This document shows, in pieces, positions 36,535 to 48,600 of a stretch of 64,000 nt of DNA (positions are counted from its first letter, which is position 1; each line of letters opens with the position of its first letter). The notes under the pieces were generated by a model that saw nothing but the letters and a program-made list of their open reading frames with translations, did no database searches and had not been told where the DNA came from. A program made the position numbers and the translations under genes. This DNA comes from Bilabrum cf. latius (lineage: Eukaryota). The DNA lies in the NCBI GenBank assembly GCA_965178125.1, contig OZ237738.1, forward strand, positions 868,001 through 932,000, written 5' to 3'.

Positions 36535-39491
36535 CAGACCTTACAAAACAGAAAATCAGATTTAGTTAATTTTCGCCGAAGCCATTAAGTAAATCGAGGC
36601 TCCGGAAAACCATTAAGGAGGATATTACGAGTATAAATTTATGCAACACTAGTTTGTAATTAAGTAGATAAACTCATTGGTGCCCTTTGTTTTTTAATTG
36701 GATGATTTTTTTTGTGCGTATTGGTCAGTTGCACTTCGCGCAGGCTACGTGGCAGGCATGAAACGGTCCCGGCGGGCACCTAAAACCACTTCCAGAAGAG
36801 TTAAATCGCGCACTAGTGTCTCCAATGGTTCATAGAAGGCTGCGGGGCCTAGTTATAGGGACCTCATATCTCACTATGAGAAGCTAGCAGAGAAGTGCAT
36901 CCCGCTAACCGCAGCAGCCCTCAAAGCCGAACTTAAAGCGATGATGGACGATGACCGCAAATTAGCGAAGGAGAAATGGTTGAATGTCAAGTATGACTCT
37001 GACGGAAAGCCTGTTTTGCCTTGCAAGGAGGTCGTGGGTGGTCATGGTGATGAAAAATCCTAGACAGCGCTGCTGCTGCGACAGCAAGCTCTCGCCGCCG
37101 TGCATGCCAGGTATCACGTGGTCGAAAAATCTGAGGCGATGCTGGCTGGAAATATCTGGGCCAATCCTAAGCGAAGGCCGCCTATTCGCAGTAGATATGA
37201 TGACATGTTCAGCATTCTGGAGCGTAGCTCTGGTGCTGTGTTCATTGTGCCGAACGCTCTGGCAGAGAAACATGGTATGAAACCAGTTAATGATGGGCTG
37301 GTCTACGCAGAGGGCAGGATATTTGCTTTCGATTCTGTGTTCAAAAAGAACCAGAAAATGCCGGAAGGGAAGTAGCTAGAGCTGCACGTGCCGCCGCGCG
37401 GCATAGCGCGTCACTTCCGCGGAGGAGGGTAGACGACCGTGCTATCTAGCATGTCCAAGCAGAGCCAGGGTATTGCAGCTGGTGTGCTCTATCGAATAAT
37501 CCTTGAGGTCGGGATGAAGTCAAACTCGGACGCGTGCGCGTCTAGGCTCCTGCAGATCAGAGCGTGGCCGGACATCATCCGAAAAGCTCAGGCTGCAGGA
37601 GCAGTGTCGCAGTCTACAATGAGGAATCGGCGAGTAGAAGCTGTCTCTGATGACAAAGATGGCATGCTTACCATTCTGCGAGAAAGCTTGCAAGGCGAGT
37701 ATCTTCAGATGGAGTTCGACGGGGGCAACATCAAGGGTGGGTAGTCATCCACCACCAAAGTGTTCGGAGTGTCGATCCGCAGCCTTTCAACTGGTAGGGA
37801 CTTCCTGGTAAGTCTGCAGTTAGTTGAGGGTTCTAGAGGTGCTGATGCTAAAGTGCTCCTTGAAAAGGCCTTAGAGCACGTTGGAGTATCGAAGGATCAA
37901 GTGGTGAGCATCGCGGCAGACGGCGCTGATGACAACCGGACTGCAACAGAGGCATTTGGCCTCTCAGTTGACGATATCGTGGTCTGCGCAAATCATGGCA
38001 TTGCCAGGTTTGCGTCAAATCTGCGGTCGAAGGTTCCATTTCTCAAGGAGTTCTATGCTAGACTGCAGAACATCTTCCGCGTTTCCGGGATGAAGGATCG
38101 GATGGCTGAGCTGACTCGCGCGAAGCTCCGGAAGCCAATGCTCTTCTTTCCAGATACTCGGTGGGGCCTGTTAGCACGACTCATCGACTATCTAAAATAG
38201 AATAAGTACGCTGCTTTGATCAAGCTGCGGCGGGTGTGCATGGTCATTCAAGCCAAGCGGAAGGACAAGACGAGTGGAAAGCTCCCAGGCTTCTTGGTGA
38301 TGCTTGGTGTCAAGAACCCGACTGCTTTGACAGAGGACAGTGAATTGCTGAAGGCTTCCGACGATGACGTCAGAGCTGGCATGCGGCAGGCAATTGCCTA
38401 GTTCGACTACCTCCACTCCAAGCTTCAGTACACCAACGAGGTGTCCCGGCTTGTGGAAGGGGACGACTACTTGCTGTCCTCCGTCCATAAAGTTACAAAG
38501 CTCTTGGAGAGGGTGGGAAAATCAGCCGAAGCAAGTGCTGCAGAACTGGAGAGCGCTAAATAGGACCTAACGAAGGACGGTGTGTCGCGGGAGAAGGCTG
38601 ACGAGCTGGTGCGAGGGGTCAAGGAAGCTTGCGATCAGACCCACAAGTCGTGGAGCAGAACCACTGAGAGAAAGGCACGATACTTCCAGGCCATGAAAAC
38701 AATTTACGGTTGCTTGTAGCATGGCAGCCCGGTGCAGCCAGTTCACTCTGAGGCTGATAGGAACGAGCGTGATGCAGCCCTGGTTGCACTTCGTGAGATT
38801 GCGAAGTGGCGGAAGCTCAACGCAGACATGCTTGAAACTGCTGTGGAAACCGCGCGCATCCTGCATGAGAACAAGATAGTGCTATTTGATCGTTCCTGTG
38901 AGGTCGGTAAAGCGTGGAGGAAATATGTGCAGGATGTGAAGGACAAGCTTACAGGGTCCGACCAGGAGCAGTTGCTTCACTACGCCGAGGCCATGCGCGA
39001 TGTTGCCAACCTACGCCTCAACAGCTCGAACATGGAAAGAAAGTTTTCCATGCTCGCTGCTGTGTGCAGCAATCAGCGGCAGGGAAGCCGACGCATCAGT
39101 ACAGTCCAGGATGTCATGCTACTTCGGGCAAACCCGACGACATTCATCGAAGACTGGGCATCGAGATGGATGTCGCGCAGCGGACTTCGTGCAAAAGCAC
39201 CGGAGATGCGAGAAGACCTGCGTAAGGTTCTAGATGGTGGAGGTATACGTGAGCAGGACGAATGGTGCCAACTTGGCCTTGGCGACGTCGAGATCGACAC
39301 AGATGGTGCGGCCACTGGAGCTCAGGAGTCCGCGGATTTGCCTGTTGCGGGTGCTACGTGATCAAAATATCCATAGATATTCGTATTAAGACCATAATTT
39401 GTACATATATATGTGTTTCGGCCCTTAATTTACTTAATTTACTTAATGTCAATTTACATAATTTCTGAGGGCCCCAATCTTGTGAGGTCTG
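36535..39491 (+). mobile_element. Full-length hAT-superfamily DNA transposon (2957 bp)
   Basis: TIRs CAGACCTTACAA (36535-36546) and TTGTGAGGTCTG (39480-39491) match 11/12. Perfect 8-bp TSD ATCGGAAT at 36527-36534 and 39492-39499. AT-rich ends with an ATTAAGTAAAT motif in opposite orientation. Internal transposase. Confidence 0.93.
36758..39361 (+). CDS. hAT transposase (~867 aa, nine in-frame TAG read as Gln)
   Basis: ATG 36758 to TGA 39361 in one frame. Basic NLS-like N-terminus. DDE-type motifs MEFDGG and SIAADGA, CxxH (VCANH), DTRWG, and NSSNMERKFS. Confidence 0.9.
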
Positions 39492-39612
39492 ATCGGAATT
39501 CACTTACTATTTTTGGCGCCTAAGTCTTGTATTGAACCAGGTAGCGACAGCAGAAAGTGACCACCGATACTAGTAGCCGCGCTATTGGCTTCATTTAGTC
39601 AGGCGGACTGCT

Positions 39613-42600
39613 ATGCTTTCCCAGCGATCCACTGGTGCTTCAAGCGGTATTACTGGAAGTCAATTCTTGAGTGGAAATGTAGATGGCACCAGCAGCTCAC
39701 AGAGACGGCAAAATAAGCTGCTCGCAATTCAATCGAAGCTTGAATCGAAGCCGTTCTTCGGCTGTGGCTTGTTTTAGGCGAATGTGCAGGACATTCGTGA
39801 CGCATCGAGGTATTAGCATAGAATTCAAGTATCATTTGTTTCGATGCTGGGACAGACGCTTGACGATCGCCCGGGGCATATCCCGGATAGCTTCAGGATA
39901 TTGGTAGATATGGCTGAAGGGAATTACGGTCCATCTCTCGGCAGAGTCTTTGCCAAGATCTCTACTCCAGCTTCTTATCTTATGCAGTAGGCTATTCTGT
40001 AGTGCATATCTCGCGGTGCCGGCTAGAAATCCAGCAGTCGTTTGGGGGCGCGTCTGCTGCACCAGGCCGCAGTTGAACTCATGAACCGAGACGCCAGCCT
40101 GTTAGAGGCATGGATGAAAAGCGTGAGCGGAACAATGCTGAGTGTTGCGATGAATTACCTTCCATCATGCACTGCCTCGACTCTGCTCTTCGAACTCCCT
40201 CACCCCGATGCTCTCACACATCTCGCCCCCACCCTACGCGCTCAGGCTGTCCGAGCATGCAGAGACCTGGTCACGATCTGTGCAGATCCGGCCGTCGCAG
40301 GGTTTCTGGCAGACTCAACGGTGCCATCGGGAGCTGCTGGACGGCGAGCTCGCACGCTGCATTGCTTCCGTCGTGCTCTCAAGCAGTGCCTATAGAAGAC
40401 TGGGGAAGCAGCACAAGGCGCGGCAGGCAGCAGCAAGAGCGGGGCAAGCACCGCATCTTCGTTGCAGTTGTACTAGGAACTGAAGTGGGAACCTCCTGCA
40501 GGTACGACTGGTGAATTCCTTTCGCTTGCGCTTGACTTCGATTCTGTCTAGTCTGCAATGTCCATTGCTGCTGCGTTGCTTCGTGCCTTGGGCCTCGCCG
40601 TGAGAGCTGCGGCACGGGTCTCCCTCATCGGGTCGTCGGACGGTCGACATGGACTCCAGCTCGCGATGGTGCAAGCGATCAAAGTGTGCTGCCGTGTCCT
40701 GACCGGGAGAGTAATGGCGTCCTCGAGCAGCGGTTGCAGCGCTTTCCTGCAGCTTGCCGACAGCGCGCAGTCGTGCGTAGCCTCGTGTTGGCACAGCTCG
40801 GCCTCCAGTGCGATCGGGAGCACCATGCCATACGATCCGCAGCGAGTGCTCCGCAAGGTGCTCGATGCGGCCATGAGATGGCCTGGTACCCATGAGCGCG
40901 CTTGCAACCAAGCAGCGATAGGAAATGCGGCGGCTGCTTTGTGCCGTGAGGCGGTACAATCCGGCACACTAGCAGCTAGTCAAGTTCGCAACCTTGTTCT
41001 TGACCGCTGTGCGCCTCGCCTAATGGTCTCATCGCATTTCTCCCACCACAATTTGAGGGGCGGGCGGGAGAGCACGGGCTCTTCTGCTGCAGCTGCTGGT
41101 GGTGGTCTGGGGGCAGAGCCGAGTGATGCCGTTGCTCTGACGAGCGATCCGCGTGGGATATCGTCGCACAGCGATTCTCTTCAGCAGCTGGTGTGCGAGT
41201 GTTGGGAGTCTTGTGTTGTTCTGGCAGATGCTGCAACGCTGCAGAGACACGTGGCTGGGTTTTCGGTCGGAGTGCAGCACTGCATCGGTGCGTCTTTCTC
41301 GGCTGACTGGACCGACGATCGGGCGAACTGTACCTTGTCCAGCCGACTAGCTGCAGCGACCGCTTCTGCCGTGTGTCTACTCGGCGTGGACCCCACCGGT
41401 TGCGTTGCAGCCGCTGCTGAGACCCGAGCTATGGACGATAGGAGCTCCGAACTCGGCTCGTCCTCTGGTGCAGCCGGCCTGCGGGGACCCGAGAGCCAGC
41501 CTCCACGCAAGAAAGGACGATCCGAGACCGCCACGGACAAGGCGAGTGGGCCGGGTGGGCGCTCTCTGCCCTCGGGTTTTGCATCACCACCGCACGAATC
41601 GGTTGGCATGTCTAGCGCAATCATCGGTAGAATCCTGTACTGTGCTTCCTAGTTGCACTTGGACGACGGGGAGGCCGAGGCTGATCTAGGCGGCGCGAGT
41701 CCCGCGTGCACCTGGTGGCAGCAGTGCCGAGCGCCGCCGTCGTATAGTTCGCGAGACTTCCTGCAATCTGGTATTCTCTCGGAAGAGAAGCTTGGCGCGG
41801 CGCTCTTCTTTATGCGATTTCTGCTGCCCGAGCTAGCAAGGGAGCCACAGCTTAGCATCTCATCGGATGCGGCTGGCGGCGTGGAGCCTTCGACACCGCA
41901 GCTTGACCTTATTGGCCTCATGCGAGCAGCATGCGCGGCCTGTACAGACTATCTTGGAGCTGTTTGCAACACTGCAAAAACATTGGACGTGCAGATGAGC
42001 AGCTCCATCACCTCGGCCCAGTCCAAGCGCATCTCATGCTGCGACCCAAAGCATGTAGAATCTCTCGTATCTAGGTTGGATGGACACGTTGGGTGCCGGT
42101 CCATGGTTTTGCAGGCGGTCGCAGCGTGCTAGATGCTGCCATCTCTGAGAGTGTACGCCAGCGAGTCGATGGAAGGAAGGGTCGGCGCCAAGGCAGGTCA
42201 TCTGTTTGCGGCTATCTTATCGGGTATTCGGATGACTCCCCCGAAGCTCTAGGCGGCCCCAGAATTCGACAGCCCTGGCATTCCCCCCCATGGGTTGTCC
42301 CCCTGGACAAGCATAGCGAAACGCTTCGGCTCCACAGGTGGGAAGGGGTTGGAACTCGAGCTGACGGTTGGTCTCATTGGGACTGCTTGTGCTGCAGCTT
42401 GTGCGATGCTTCCGTCGGCAGTGTGGGCGACTGGCCTTCTTTCTGGATCTGCGGACACTAGTGCCAGTAAATTTACTGTGCAAACACTGAGTACAGCCAG
42501 AAAAATTCGCAGTGGAGGATGGATTCCAAGCAGCGCAGCCTCTGACGTGTGCCATGCATCGCAAAGCCGAAGGCTGCTGGCAGAGTGCGTGCATGTTGCA

Positions 42601-45600
42601 GCAGCGGCTGAGATTCTGTCGAGCGGAAGCTAGTATTGCAAAAATATCGCAATGAAGGTCTTTGCAGAAGTAATTTGGGCATGTGCGGCAGTTGACATTG
42701 GAGATAGCGCTACCACAGCAGCTGGCTCTGCCGCCGAAAGATGGCGGGGTGTGGAGGACAGCTCTAGAAAGGCGCTCGAGATGTGCTTCCAGGCGCCGGG
42801 ATTCCGCGGGGAGGGTACCATCAGGAGTAAATCAGCCATGCGTCACACAAGGGAGCAGTTCAGCGCTAGTCTACGCTACCTGGCGCAGGTCCATTCCCGG
42901 CATGTTGCGGTTGAGTGCGCCCGGTCTCGCTTGGAGACAGCCTTTGCATAGCAACACAGCGTGAGATCTCCAGCAGGCAAGTTGCGCGCCTCCCAAGCAA
43001 GTACTCTGTCTGCTCTGTCTGACTCATCGCCAAGCAGAGCTGCCCAGCAGATGGTACAGGTAGCTATGTCGCGTTTGGGACTCAAGATGCCTTTCTGTCT
43101 GTTGGACTTGATGTGCTGTGGGTAGTCGCCCGCGGCAAATGCACACAGAGAGCCACTCACACCAAGTGTGCAAACACAGCTGCTCAGAATAGTAGCTACA
43201 ATGGAGATTTCCGTGCAGCAATTTGTGAGCGACTACTCAGGCATGCAGAGGGTGCGGGGAAAGAATGCAATGGGAGAGCCATTCTTGTGGCGCCACTCAG
43301 TGCTGGGGTGCTATAGGCGAGGGCAGCAGACCTCGTCCTCAGCTACCATGGCTGCCGCGTCCCTTGCCTCAGAGATGGACCAACGGGGTGCTCTCGAGAG
43401 CCAACGGCGCTCAAGTAGCATCGCATCAGTGCCCTTTTCAGACAGAGTAACGGTGTGGTGGTCTGCTGTTCCCAAGGATAGCAAGTAGCGGAGTGCTGGA
43501 CGACTGCAGAGCCCTGCTGCCCGTCGCGCTTCAGCGGTTTAGGCTCGATTCAGCCAAGCGTCGCCATTGGCTAGCCTCCAAAAGGCTGTTTCGTTGATGA
43601 AACAAGTGCTACAGCAAGCAGCGGAGCCTCGCTGCAACTTGTCAGAGCTGACTACATTAACATTAGAAGTGGCAGCAGTGTTGTCTTCAGAGGCAGGATT
43701 TGGAATACCGTGGCGGAAACAGCTTTTTTCCATTCTTAGCGAATAGTCTGTCGAGAGCGTCGCCTCCGCAGTCGACTGCGCTCTCGGGGCCTACTCCGCG
43801 GCCAGGATGAATCCGACTTTGTGTTTGGAGCACCTTGCTGGTATCGTGCCTGCTGCGTTGGTTGCAGTTGCGGTGACTGCGCCCCAATTCATCGCTGTGG
43901 CGTGCAGCGCGATCCTCTCTGCGCTGCATCGCGAACTGCCGCTGGCGGACGTGAACTTTTCTGTTCTTCCAGACGTGTTTTCATCGTGCTTGCTATGGGT
44001 GTGTGCTTCGATTGGAACCGATCTGCAACAGTTATTGGTGGCTACAATCTCTAGTCGGGCAACAGAGGCCTTCGGTGCGAATACAAGCTCCTTGAGCCAT
44101 GATTACGGCCAGCGGATCGATCTTGATTTCGACCTTCCCGTACCAATGATGTCATCTGTCCAGTTGTGGCAGCTCGCGGCGGTGAATCAGGCTGCGATCA
44201 TCGCCAGCGCTGCGTTACAGTTCGCACCAGCGGCCTCTCTGGCTGGCGTTGACTCCGCCTCAACGCTGGTATCTGCACGGCTCGGGCAGCTCGAAATCAA
44301 CGAGGCTGCAAGAAGACGGGTGGGATCAACCAGTCCGATTGATTCTCATGCACTCTTCACTGCACTTTCACACCCAGCACTTCTCGCACTGCCGCGGGAA
44401 GTCATCCGGCTGCATCGGTGTGGCGTGTTCCCCGCGGTTCCTTCGCTGCCGCATGTTGCAAGCTTTGGAAAGCAGTGCGCCGCCGCGCAGTTGGAGGTAT
44501 CAAGTATCGCTGGTAAACATGCCCGGTCTTTAGTACAGAAGCTACTATCTGGGCCTGATTTTGAGCCCGGCTTGCTCGATGTTGTGCATAGGATTGCATC
44601 AATCTCTGCGCATGCTCGCGTCCTGCTCGAATCACGGTCAGCAGTAGGCGGCGCGAGCATGGACTCTGGGGAGGCTTCCGTGCTGGTGCCAGAGCAGTTC
44701 CTGGCGCCGTCCACGCACCCAACTGCGGTGGCGCGATTGGCGGCTTAGCTGCTAGCGGTAGAGAAGGGCAACGCATTGCTGCCAGCAGTGATGGCTGCAC
44801 TGTTGTCCGGTGCTTGCAGTGACACGAGTCGACGGGCACTGTGGCATCTTGTGCTACTTGTATTTCCAAACGCAGAGAGCCGCTACGACCTGCTCCTATA
44901 GAGGTATTCGGCGGTGCTGCGGATACTTAGCCTTTAGCTTGGCATCGGTAAAGCGGTGGGCTCGGACGTGCTCGCTGATCGTGCCAGTAGGGGGCTGCAG
45001 GTACTGGCAGGCGCCCTGCTCTAGTCGTCTCTGCTTCGTTGTGGTGTCGGAGTGCCCTCCGCAGACATGCTTGATGCGTTTGGTCTGGCCACTGTAAAGT
45101 CTGGTGCAATTGGAAGGGCCAGTCGCGGTCGTAATGATTCCGACCCGAAGGCACAATCTCTGGCGCTTGGCTCCCCACCAAAGAAACAGTATGCCACTGG
45201 CAGCCGCAAGAGGTCACCTAGCAAGCGCAGCAGGCGCAAGTCGGAGCAGAAGCCAGCTTCTCTTGCTGCGTATCTTACACAGCAACCAATGGAAGAAGAG
45301 GAAAGCTCCAAGGTTGCCACTGACTTGGACGAATTGGATTCGAATCCAGGAGGCGATGCTCTGAGCCAGGACCTTGATGCGCTCGCGGCTGCCTCGAGTC
45401 GTCATGTAGGGCTCAGTGCCCAGCAAAAGGCTCTACGGGACGATGCCTTGGGCTAGCTACTTGAGAAGTACTTTCTGTACGTATTTGTCAGGCACTTGAG
45501 TGGCATGCTTCATGCTGGATCGGGTCGCTCAGCTCGGAGCCGCGTAGCTATTCAGGCCATCTGTGGGCTGCTAGAGCTGGCTCCTCGCCAAGTGGCGGCA

Positions 45601-48600
45601 TAGCAACTTCCAGCTGTTTTGTCACTTTTGAAGCAAGCTGTTCGGTCCTCACTGCACGATAGAGACCACACGACGGCTGCTGCTGCTTTGAGTGGCGTGG
45701 TCGCTCTGTGGGAGGGCACGCCGCCTGCCCACCTGCGTAGCCTGTCCCCGTCCTTTGCAGCTGCAGTGCTCCCGGCAATACACGGAGAAAGCACAGGTCA
45801 ATTGCCACTGCATCATCACGCCAGACTTCTCCTCAAGGATATATTTGGCGCTTCAGATCGGGCAGGGGAGGATGGTCGAAGCTCAGGGGCTGGGGCAAGC
45901 GCTGCGTCCAGAGCGGACCTGGCGCTGGTGCTGCCTAGGCCGCGGCATCTCAAGGGCGATTCCATCGACTGGCCCATGAAACTGGACAGCGAACAGACGC
46001 CCGACCGCCTGCTTCGATTTGCTTTGCAGCTGCGGCAGGGCGAGGAAGAAATCGTGCTGGTAGCCCTGCAGCAGCTCGAGACCTTCCTCTCGCAGTCGGT
46101 TGGTGACGTGTTAGAGCTGGCCGTAGGTTCCAGCGTCGCGGCGCATGGCTTGGTGCATCGCTCTGTTCCCATCATGGTCGCGGCACTACTCAGTGTTGTG
46201 TCTCGGTTTCAAAGTGATGCCGTGCGGGCTGCCGCCTGCCAGTGCATCGGCGCTCTAGGGGCCGTGAGTCCTTCTGCAATGCATGGCGAGTCCGGCTTTG
46301 CAACTGCATTCGAGCCAGCCACATCGGAGGATTCGGATGCAGCCGAGGAATTTGAAGATGCATCTTCGGCATCGGGTGCCAAAGGGTCCCTAAGCAGCAG
46401 TGCAGGCAGCGGGCGATCGCATGTTATCGTTGGTGCTTCGCAGTCAGTCAGTGCGGATGTCGTCAGAAGTGTATTCAGCGGGAAATCAGCGCATGGAACG
46501 GAAGCTGTCACAGCAATGTGGCAGCGAGGCGAGTTTGACGCATCGTACAGGCTTGAGCTCAAGGACGCCGAAGCCAGGCTTCGGATGGGCGTAGATACGA
46601 CAGGAACAGACTTGGCCACCCAGGTGCTGCCCACAGAGCTACTGCGCGGACGGTCTGGCACAGACTAGTACGGTCTTCAGAGCATTGGCGTTGCGCTGAT
46701 TGATAACCTTTTGGCCGCGACAGTAAGAGCAGCTCACTCCAGTGAGCAGCATAGCTGTGCTGCCTTCGCCATTCAGGAGGTGCTCCGCGTCATCGGGCGA
46801 ATACACGGGCTGAAGCAGTACTCGAGCATGACCGCTGCTCGTCAGCTGGAGAGCAAAAAGGCAATCGCAAAGCGTTTGCCGGGTGTGCAGAAGCTGTTTG
46901 GACAGGACGTGTCGACTGCGGAGGAGGAGTCTCGGTTCCCCTTCCGTCTCCGCCTACTGTTCTCAAAGGATGTCCTCGGGACTATCCTGCCGTTTTGGCA
47001 GTCGGACTACCTTGATGCAGGCGGGAGTCACGCCCGGTACGAGGAGGCCATCAGGGCGCTATTCCCAGGAATGGCCTCGGGTGATGGTAGCGCAGAGCAG
47101 CAGCAAGGCAAGGAGCGGCGGGCCGCTCCACAAGTTGGCAGTCTGGGATGGGCGTTGGTGCACGGCTAGACGGTGTTCAATTGGGTGCAGCAGCAACGGA
47201 ACGACCGTATGCCCGGAACGACTCTTGATATTTGGGTTAAGACATGGTGCAGATTGTTGCTTGAAGCGTTTGGATCCTGTTCCGGCTGGCAGGGCCATTG
47301 GGCTCGCCTTGCCAAGTGCCTCCGGTAGGTCGTGCTCAGGCTAGAGTCTGGTGCTAGGCAGATCCTTCCCATTGCGTTGCAATTAGTTGCTGTACGATGT
47401 CCCGAGGCTGTGGGTCGCAGGCTTATTCTTTAGGAGATTGCTGGAAGGCTCGAGGCAGCGGCTACTCGCGGAGACTTGCGGCCTGCTACAAGCATAGGCG
47501 TGCCTGCGCTTCACTCCAGCTCTGCATCCAGCGCTGTTTCCAGGTCGGACCAGATCGCAGCTGCGCGAGTTGCTTTAGACGCGATCGTGGTGCTGCAAGA
47601 CACGGATCCTGAGCGCGTAGAATCTCGACCACTGGTCGTTCGGATGCCTGATTCCGATGTAAAGCTCGGAACGGTCATTGCACGGGGCGCTGCTCAGCAG
47701 CACGCCAGTTCCCGCAGCGGTGGATCGTCCAAGGCAGCCGTTGCGGACACCTCCGTGCGGGCTGACGACGTGCGATTGGACGGGGCCAACAACTGGGATG
47801 AAATGGATCCCACACCTTTAGCTGACGATGACGAGGACAGAGGCGTGAGTGGACGCCGCCGGAATCCGACGTTAGTCCATGACACGGGTGGCAGTGATCT
47901 CGCCGAGGCTCTGCCGCGACTCCTGGTGGCTAGGGCAGCTGCAGAGGTGCATCAGTTGGGCTGGTCGATCCGAGAAATAGAGCAGGAACTTCGCGATAAG
48001 TCTGGACAGTTTGGAGGATCTGCTAGGATCGCAGCAGTAGATGACGGCGCGAGCTCTGGCGCTGCTAGCACCAGCAAGAGTGGCGCATCGTCCTCGTCCT
48101 CGTCCTCGTCTGCAGCATCCAAGAAGCAAGGAAAGAGAGCGTCGGGATCCGATGGCTCCTTTGCCGAAGACGGGCTTGGTGGGCTAGTCTGGGGAGATCT
48201 TCCGTACAATCGCATGGACCTTGCAGAGCTCCAGCAGGCCTACGCTCAACTTGAGGACCCGGACGGCTTGCACGGCGTGTCGGCGCTGCGATCACGCCTG
48301 ACTGCCTTTGGTTCGGGGGATGATCAGGCGCCCAATCCTTCGCAAGAGCCTGACGCCTCCGAGGCATCCAGCGACATGGAGATTATTGCAATCGATGGAG
48401 TCTCGACCAAGCCATCTGAAGAGAAAGCTAGGCAGCTCCGCACAGTCACAGAGACATCATCCGGGATTGCCGTTGCTGGCGGAAACTTTGACATGCATGG
48501 CACAGAGGATGCCGCTGCAACGGGCCGCAACACGGAGATGCTGCTTGGCATTCAAGAGCGGCTGCTAGATGCCGTGCACGGGGCTAAATGGCACGACGCC

